In this document: positions 57,753 through 64,000 of the stretch, one piece after another
Layout: every line of letters begins with the position of its first letter
Numbering within the stretch: the stretch's first letter is position 1
Assembly (NCBI GenBank): GCA_965208835.1
Contig: OZ242358.1
Coordinates: 448,001-512,000 of the forward strand
Direction of reading: 5' to 3'
Origin: Candidatus Latescibacterota bacterium
GTDB taxonomy: Bacteria > Latescibacterota > UBA2968 > GCA-2709665
DNA length: 64,000 bases
Notes under the pieces: generated by a model
What the model was told of the DNA's origin: nothing
Databases searched by the model: none
What the model saw: only the letters and a program-made list of their open reading frames with translations
Made by a program: the position numbers and the translations under genes

Positions 57753-60700
57753 CTATTCCCCGCCGGAACCGCCGGATGCTCGCATTCGCGCGTGAACAGG
57801 GTCGCCTTCCGCGATTTCCGATGTCCGCTTTTCGCGCTGGTCCTGCGCTTTATGCCTTCGGGTTTCCCGATGTGTTTCGCGGTATCGGTCCGGAATGACC
57901 AGTTCGTCGCCGAGGTCGGGCGCATCCGGGGTCACCTTCCAGAATTTGGGCAGGAATTTCTCCCATCGGGCGATAATGTCGCTCGCGCGTCGGCTGTTGG
58001 TGTTTTCGAGGTGTCGTCCGATCATCTTCTTCAGCAGGCCGACGTCGTCAGCCTGGTTGATACGATGGATGCGCACGAGTTGCGGGTTGTATCTGCTTTC
58101 AAACGATCCCTCTTCGTCCAGCACATACGCGACTCCGCCCGTCATTCCGGCGCCGAAATTCCGCCCGGTGCCGCCCAGCACAATCACCACGCCGTCGGTC
58201 ATGTACTCGCATCCGTGGTCTCCCACACCCTCTACCACCGCACGACCGCCGCTGTTGCGCACGCAGAATCTCTCGCCGGCAACGCCCGCCGCGTAGAGTA
58301 CGCCTCCGGTGGCGCCGTACATGACGGTGTTTCCGACGATGGCATTCCTGTGGCTCGGAAATCCGGCGTTACCCGGCGGTCGCACAATGAGTTCTCCACC
58401 GTGCATGCCCTTGCCGACGTAGTCATTTGCCTCGCCGGTAAGGACCAGCCGCAACCCGCGTATGCAGAATGCCCCGAAGCTCTGTCCCGCGCTGCCCCGA
58501 AACCGGCACTCGATGGTACTGTCGAGGCCGCCGTCTCCATAATGAAACGCGATCTCTCCGGCCAGCTTGGCGCCAACCGCCCGACGCGTATTCTGAATAT
58601 CGTAACTCAGTGTAATCGAGCTGTCTTCCTTGATGGCATCCATTGCGTCCTGAAGCAGCAGGTCGTCAATCGATGCATCGGGCCGGTCGTTGCGTTCGCG
58701 GGTATGCAGCCGCGGACGGGTGCCGGCCGAGTCCGGATCGGCCAGCAGACCGCCCAGGTCGATACCCCGCCACCGATGTTTCTTCGGATCGACGCTGGAT
58801 TCCAGAATTTCCGGGCGGCCGATCAGGCTCTCAATCGACCGATACCCCAGTCCCGCGATGACTTCACGGACCTCTCCGGCGAGATTGGTAAAATAGCGAA
58901 CGACGTTCTCGGGGGAGCCATTGAATTTCCCGCGCAATTCGGGCTTCTGCGTGGCCACGCCGACCGGACAGGTATTCAGGTGGCATTGCCGTGCCATCAC
59001 GCAACCCATTGCCACCAGCGCCGCCGTGCCGAATCCGTACTCCTCTGCACCGAGAGCTGCCGCGACAACCACGTCCCTGGCGGTTTTCAGACCGCCGTCC
59101 ACGCGAAGCACAACCCGTCCGCGCAGGTCGTTCATCACCAGCGTCTGCTGCACCTCGGCCAGGCCCAACTCCCAGGGCCCGCCCGAATGTTTGATGGCGC
59201 CCAGGGGCGAGGCGCCGGTACCGCCGTCGTGCCCGCTGATGTGGACCACGTCCGCGTAGCCTTTGACGACCCCCGCCGCGATGGTACCGATTCCTGCCAC
59301 CGAGACCAGCTTGACGCACACCTTTGCCCGGGGATTCACGCGTTTCAGGTCATAAATGAGTTGTGCGATGTCTTCGATACTGTAAATGTCGTGATGTGGC
59401 GGCGGCGAAATCAGCGTTACCCCCGGAACGGAATGCCGGATCAACGCGATCTCCGCGGAAACCTTGTGCCCCGGCAGCTGCCCGCCCTCGCCCGGTTTGG
59501 AACCCTGTGCCATCTTGATCTCCAGTTCCTTTGCCGAAGCCAGGTACTCGGGCGTGACACCAAACCTTCCGGAGGCCACCTGCTTGATGGCGCTGTTGGG
59601 CCGGTCTCCGTTGGGCAGGCGCCGATACCGGGCGGGGTCTTCGCCGCCCTCCCCGCTGTTGCTCTTGGCGCCAAGCCGGTTCAACGCAATCGCCAGCGTT
59701 TCGTGTGCCTCGCGCGAGAGCGCACCGTGCGACATCGCGGAGGACACAAAGCGTCGACAGATGGCTTCAGTCGGCTCGACCTCCTCTATGGGGACAGAAG
59801 GCCCTTTCTGAAACGTCATGAGATCACGCAGCGAGGCCGCCGGACGCCCCTCGACCAGCCGGGAATAGGCCGTAAAGTCGTCGTAATTCCCGGAGTTGGC
59901 CACATTTCGGATGGCCTTGAAGACCGGGGGATTGAAGGCATGGAACTCGCCGTCCCGCCGGAACCGGTAGATTCCAGCGTCCGTCATCGCGGGTGACTCT
60001 TCGGGCTGGAACGCCAGCCGGTGCCGGTCGGCCGCGTCGTCGGCAATTTCGGCAAGTCCGATCCCGCCAACCTGGGATACCGTACCGGAGAAATACCGGT
60101 CCACCACGTCCGGATGCAGACCGACCGCGTCGAAAATCTGAGCGCCGCAGTAGCTGCTCAGGGTGGATATTCCCATTTTACAGATCACCTTCAGGATACC
60201 CGCTTCCAGCGCGCGCCGGTAATTGTCCAGCGCTTTTGCGTAGGTGATTTCGCCTTCCAGGTCGCCGGTCCGGATCAGTTCATACAGACCTTCGTAGACC
60301 AGATATGGATTTACGGCGCTGGCGCCGTACCCAATCAGCGCGGCGATGTGGTGAACTTCCCTTGGCTCCCCTGACTCCACAATCAGGCTCGCCTGCATCC
60401 GCTTCCCTTCCCGGATCAGATGATGATGTACAGCGCCCACGGCCAGCAGCATGGGGATGGGGGCGTGATTCGAGTCCACGCCACGGTCACTCAGAACCAA
60501 CAGGGCCCTGCCCGACTCGACTGCGCGCGACGCCTGGAGACACATCCTGTCCAGGGCCGTTCGCAGACCTTCGACCCCCTCCGACGGATTGAACAGCGCC
60601 GGCAGTTTTTCAGATTCAAATCCCGGCAGACCGGAGCTGGAAAGCCGCCGAAATTCAGAATCCAGCAGGACCGGGGAAGGGATTCGGATCAGCCGCGCGT

Positions 60701-62363
60701 TGGCCGCCTTTTCCCTGAAGATATTCCTCCGGCGACCCAGCAATACATCCAGCGACATCACCAGTTCTTCCCGCAACGGATCGATTGGCGGATTTGTGAC
60801 CTGCGCGAATCGCTGCGTAAGGAAGTTGTATAGGAGCTGTGGCCGTTCCGACAACATCGCAAGGGGGGTATCGTCACCCATGGATCCCACGGGTTCCTTG
60901 CCGTCGTTCGCCATAGGTACCAGGACATATTCAATTTCGTCGGCGGTGTATCCGAATGCCACCTGCCTCCTTGCCAGGTCCGTCCGTTCTCCAACCGGCA
61001 TGGGCTCGTTACGGGCTTCCGACTGATCCAAAAAAGCCAGATTGTCCCTGACCCACCGCCTGTAGGGTCGGCGGGCCGCAAAATGAGATTTGATCTCGTC
61101 GTTTTTCAACAACACGCCCCTGCCCGTGTCTACCGCGATCATCTGGCCCGGCCCCAGGCGGCCCTTCTCCACGACCTGGCGGTCGTCGATCTCCAGCATC
61201 CCGACCTCCGAACCCATAACGATCAGACCGCTATCCGTGATTTTGTAACGAGCCGGCCGCAACCCGTTCCGATCCAAAGAGGCGCCCACGACCGTACCGT
61301 CGCTGAACGCGACCGCGGCGGGTCCGTCCCAGGGTTCCATCAGACAGTCGTTATATTCATAAAAGCCACGCAGATCCTTTGGCATGTCGGGTATTTCCCG
61401 ATACGCCTCGGGAATCAGCATCATCATCGCGTGCATCGGATTCCGTCCGGCCACCACGAGCGCTTCGAAGACGTTGTCGAGCATCGCGGAATCACTTCGG
61501 GTCGCGTCGACAATGGGCTTGATTCGATCCAGGTACCGCCCCCAGCCCCTGGATTTGAGCTCCGCTTCGCGCGCACGCATCCAGTTCACATTACCCCGAA
61601 GCGTGTTGATCTCGCCGTTGTGGGCGAGGTATCGAAGCGGCTGCGCCAGAAACCAGTCCGGCAGCGTATTTGTGCTGTATCGCTGGTGAAAGACCGCCAG
61701 CGCGGTATCGAAGTCAGGATTCTGCAGGTCCCGGTAAAACCGCGCAAGCTGCGGCGCCACCATCATTCCTTTATAGACGATGGTCCGGTTGGACAGCGAG
61801 CAGATATAACATCCCTCTATTCCGTGCCGCCGCACGGACCGCTCCACCTGACGTCGAACCAGGTAAAGCGCACGCTCGAACTCCGCATCGGACATCCGTT
61901 GGCCCCGGGCGATCAGCACTTGCTGAATGTCGGGCATCAGTTCCGCGGCCCGGTCGCCCAGGACCGTCCGGTCTACCGGTACCGTTCGCCAGCCGATAAG
62001 TACAAGCCCGTAATGGTCCGTTGCTTCGTCGACGATGATCCGGTACCGGTCGTTCGTCACCTTGTCCTGCGACAGGAACAGCATGCCGATGGCCAGATCC
62101 TCGGCGCGCAGCCCGCCGTATCCCAGTCTCTCCGCCTCCCTCACGATCAACCGTCCGGGAATCTGTGTGAGCACACCGGCCCCGTCGCCGGTTTTCGCAT
62201 CCGCGTCCATCGCGCCCCGATGGGTCAGATTGGCCAGCCCGAGCACCGCATGGCGCATGATTTCGCTGTTACGGTTGCCCCGGATATCCGCGACAAAGCC
62301 CACGCCGCAGGCATCGTGCTCGAATTCGGGCCGGTACAGCCCGGTTTTGGTGGTTGCTTGCAT
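57753..62363 (-). CDS. gltB: Glutamate synthase large subunit
   Basis: EHDACGVGF, HQRYSTNT, HNGEINT, EPWDGPA, KPGEGGQLPGHK, CVMARQCHLNTCP. Confidence 0.97.
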   Translation of the reverse strand: MQATTKTGLYRPEFEHDACGVGFVADIRGNRNSEIMRHAVLGLANLTHRGAMDADAKTGDGAGVLTQIPGRLIVREAERLGYGGLRAEDLAIGMLFLSQDKVTNDRYRIIVDEATDHYGLVLIGWRTVPVDRTVLGDRAAELMPDIQQVLIARGQRMSDAEFERALYLVRRQVERSVRRHGIEGCYICSLSNRTIVYKGMMVAPQLARFYRDLQNPDFDTALAVFHQRYSTNTLPDWFLAQPLRYLAHNGEINTLRGNVNWMRAREAELKSRGWGRYLDRIKPIVDATRSDSAMLDNVFEALVVAGRNPMHAMMMLIPEAYREIPDMPKDLRGFYEYNDCLMEPWDGPAAVAFSDGTVVGASLDRNGLRPARYKITDSGLIVMGSEVGMLEIDDRQVVEKGRLGPGQMIAVDTGRGVLLKNDEIKSHFAARRPYRRWVRDNLAFLDQSEARNEPMPVGERTDLARRQVAFGYTADEIEYVLVPMANDGKEPVGSMGDDTPLAMLSERPQLLYNFLTQRFAQVTNPPIDPLREELVMSLDVLLGRRRNIFREKAANARLIRIPSPVLLDSEFRRLSSSGLPGFESEKLPALFNPSEGVEGLRTALDRMCLQASRAVESGRALLVLSDRGVDSNHAPIPMLLAVGAVHHHLIREGKRMQASLIVESGEPREVHHIAALIGYGASAVNPYLVYEGLYELIRTGDLEGEITYAKALDNYRRALEAGILKVICKMGISTLSSYCGAQIFDAVGLHPDVVDRYFSGTVSQVGGIGLAEIADDAADRHRLAFQPEESPAMTDAGIYRFRRDGEFHAFNPPVFKAIRNVANSGNYDDFTAYSRLVEGRPAASLRDLMTFQKGPSVPIEEVEPTEAICRRFVSSAMSHGALSREAHETLAIALNRLGAKSNSGEGGEDPARYRRLPNGDRPNSAIKQVASGRFGVTPEYLASAKELEIKMAQGSKPGEGGQLPGHKVSAEIALIRHSVPGVTLISPPPHHDIYSIEDIAQLIYDLKRVNPRAKVCVKLVSVAGIGTIAAGVVKGYADVVHISGHDGGTGASPLGAIKHSGGPWELGLAEVQQTLVMNDLRGRVVLRVDGGLKTARDVVVAAALGAEEYGFGTAALVAMGCVMARQCHLNTCPVGVATQKPELRGKFNGSPENVVRYFTNLAGEVREVIAGLGYRSIESLIGRPEILESSVDPKKHRWRGIDLGGLLADPDSAGTRPRLHTRERNDRPDASIDDLLLQDAMDAIKEDSSITLSYDIQNTRRAVGAKLAGEIAFHYGDGGLDSTIECRFRGSAGQSFGAFCIRGLRLVLTGEANDYVGKGMHGGELIVRPPGNAGFPSHRNAIVGNTVMYGATGGVLYAAGVAGERFCVRNSGGRAVVEGVGDHGCEYMTDGVVIVLGGTGRNFGAGMTGGVAYVLDEEGSFESRYNPQLVRIHRINQADDVGLLKKMIGRHLENTNSRRASDIIARWEKFLPKFWKVTPDAPDLGDELVIPDRYRETHRETRRHKAQDQREKRTSEIAEGDPVHARMRASGGSGGE

Positions 62364-62458
62364 TAACGCCTTCGTCCTTCCGTGTCAAATTCGTTTTGGG
62401 TCAAATACTGCTTCTGCTCCCCATATACTTTAGGAGAGGGTGTTGGTGTAGAGGTTCC

Positions 62459-62635
62459 TAAAAGGCGGTGAGCGGGTAGACGGTAGACGGTAGAAAAAAT
62501 GCGGGGAGACGGAAGAGGTGAGACGGTAGAAGAGATCCTTGCCATGTATGTTTTCCCTCCTTGCCTCCGGCACGAGAAGAAACCTCGCAAGGCAGGCAAT
62601 CTCTCCCGTTTTGCGTCTCCCCTCTCCCCGTCTTC
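62459..62635. repeat. Heptamer-armed intergenic repeat, copy 3 (inverted relative to copies 1 and 2)
   Basis: AAAAGGCGGTGAG..GGTAGAC..AAAAAATGCGG..AGAAGAGATCCTTGCC aligns with the reverse complement of 3160-3246. Confidence 0.65.
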
Positions 62636-62651
62636 AGGTTGTTCCAAATTC

Positions 62652-62684
62652 AAAATGCCAGGATCGGCAGGATCCTGGCATTTT
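62652..62684. terminator. Hairpin downstream of ferredoxin (bidirectional-terminator-like)
   Basis: AAAATGCCAGGATC-GGCAG-GATCCTGGCATTTT. Confidence 0.6.
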
Positions 62685-62722
62685 CTCCACGTCGTATGAA
62701 CGAGCGAAGAGTTCGAAACGCC

Positions 62723-62986
62723 CTACTCGAAAGCCTTCGCATTGATTTCGATATATTCCTTCCACTCATCAGGTGTATCGTCTTCTTCAAAAATCGCCTC
62801 GACCGGGCACTCGGGTTCGCAGGCCCCGCAATCGATGCACTCATCCGGGTGGATGTAGAGCATCTGGCGTTGCTCGTCCTCCGGCAGATTGGTTGCATCG
62901 GGCTCGTAAATGCAGTCGACCGGGCAGACTTCCACGCATGCCCTGTCCATTACGTCGATGCATGGCTCGGCGATAATGTACGTCAT
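62723..62986 (-). CDS. fdxA: Dicluster (7Fe-type) ferredoxin
   Basis: [37 protein letters not shown]. Confidence 0.9.
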   Translation of the reverse strand: MTYIIAEPCIDVMDRACVEVCPVDCIYEPDATNLPEDEQRQMLYIHPDECIDCGACEPECPVEAIFEEDDTPDEWKEYIEINAKAFE

Positions 62987-63176
62987 TCTGTTCACCCCTT
63001 TCCTTGTGTCTGTCTATACATCCTTCATCTTAGAACATTGACTTCGTGAAATCAAAGCCGACTGAATACAGACGGATATGGCAAACCATCACGAAGTCCA
63101 CGTCACTGCCACCCGATCCCGCGTCAATCTCATTCGAAATATAGAACTTTCTTTCCTTTTGTCAAGGCACAAAAAG

Positions 63177-63758
63177 CTAAGAATCCCCTTTGATATTCCG
63201 CAGCAGATCAGAGGCGCTTTTCCGGCTGTCCGAACGAATTCTGACGGTGAATCGCTGTCCGGGATCCGGATCGCGAGCGATGGAAATCGCGTCGCCATCG
63301 TATAGTCTGCCAATCACGCGGTCCAGGTCCGCCCGAACGGCCGCGAGCGTCTCTTCCGAATTGGGGGCCAGCAGCCGGTCGTTCAATGCGATCAGGACTT
63401 CATCCGTCCTGAATCTCGCGGCGCCTGCCAATATGGAGTTCCCTTCGAGCTTGCGGCACGCCTTCAATGCAAAGACAAGCGCCATCCGCAGCCGGTCCGC
63501 GAAATTTCCGCCGGACGGCTGCTTGCGGTCGTACAGGAGACCTGCCTTCCCGTCAGTGCGGTCGATACTGTAGTTCGCCTCGTGCCCGACCAGCAGGGTG
63601 ACCGGTCCCCGATGCACGTGGCTGTAGTCCGCGACATCAACGAGCACTTCGTCCGTGGTCTCCGGAATCCAGGTGTTGAAGACCCGGAACCAGGTGTCCG
63701 GAGCCACGTCCTGCCCGCTCTCGAGGTAAAACTTGATCTGAATTCGATACGCGTTCAT
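63177..63758 (-). CDS. Conserved hypothetical protein
   Basis: VFNTWI..LVDVADYSHVHRGP..NDRLLAPN. Confidence 0.7.
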   Translation of the reverse strand: MNAYRIQIKFYLESGQDVAPDTWFRVFNTWIPETTDEVLVDVADYSHVHRGPVTLLVGHEANYSIDRTDGKAGLLYDRKQPSGGNFADRLRMALVFALKACRKLEGNSILAGAARFRTDEVLIALNDRLLAPNSEETLAAVRADLDRVIGRLYDGDAISIARDPDPGQRFTVRIRSDSRKSASDLLRNIKGDS

Positions 63759-63801
63759 AGATCAGCCACGCGAAGACCGCTGGGGATTTTAAAACAGCTT
63801 C

Positions 63802-64000
63802 TCAATTGCTGACGACGTTCATCCGCCCGTAGCAGGCGTACGCGGCTTCGATAAAGAGCTGCGTCTCCTCGATGAACCGGTGCGCCAGGTCTTCGCCGTA
63901 GGACTCGACGTTTCGCCTCTGGGCATGGAAGAGATAGTTGGCGAACTTGCCGCGGGTTACCGGGTTGTCGTGCAACAGGCCCGAATCGACGATCCTGGTG
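63802..64000 (-). CDS. C-terminal end of a truncated gene, possibly a nitrite/sulfite reductase
   Basis: ...RGKFANYLFHA..LAHRFIEETQLFIEAAYACY...* is open to the window edge; family call from recollection only. Confidence 0.45.
   Translation of the reverse strand, partial: TRIVDSGLLHDNPVTRGKFANYLFHAQRRNVESYGEDLAHRFIEETQLFIEAAYACYGRMNVVSN

Noticed and set aside
1-64000. tRNA, rRNA or prophage genes
   Set aside because: None recognised by eye; a tRNAscan or Rfam run would be needed to exclude them.

Overview
GC-rich bacterial window with no rRNA, tRNA, CRISPR-cas or integron integrase. The gene content (sulfatase, PhyH dioxygenases, amidohydrolases, secreted WD40/LRR proteins with DFDGDGxVGFxDF EF-hand/dockerin-like tails) resembles Gemmatimonadota/Latescibacterota-type, possibly host-associated, lineages; this is inference only. 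Main blocks: (1) 1-9.4 kb: hydrolases, rhodanese, and a methyltransferase-hisI-hisG unit preceded by an unannotated His-leader attenuator. (2) 10.7-28.3 kb: five tandem secreted modular proteins combining M60 or metzincin protease, Ig-like, WD40, LRR, cohesin-like and dockerin-like modules. (3) 28.4-40.2 kb: lipoprotein pair and catabolic enzymes. (4) 40.26-46.0 kb, the most unusual locus: an intact REP-associated HUH tyrosine transposase (RAYT) preceded by four copies of a REP/136-nt/REP junction. The 136-nt core is a relic of the HUH-coding segment of a RAYT gene. The junctions separate cargo blocks of RDD and toxin-antitoxin genes (intact and decayed), forming an integron-like cassette array between two glycine-betaine catabolism genes. 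(5) 46-64 kb: sugar-acid metabolism, transketolase-like protein, gltB and ferredoxin. A second, heptamer-armed intergenic repeat family occurs three times. All family calls come from motif recognition, not database searches.
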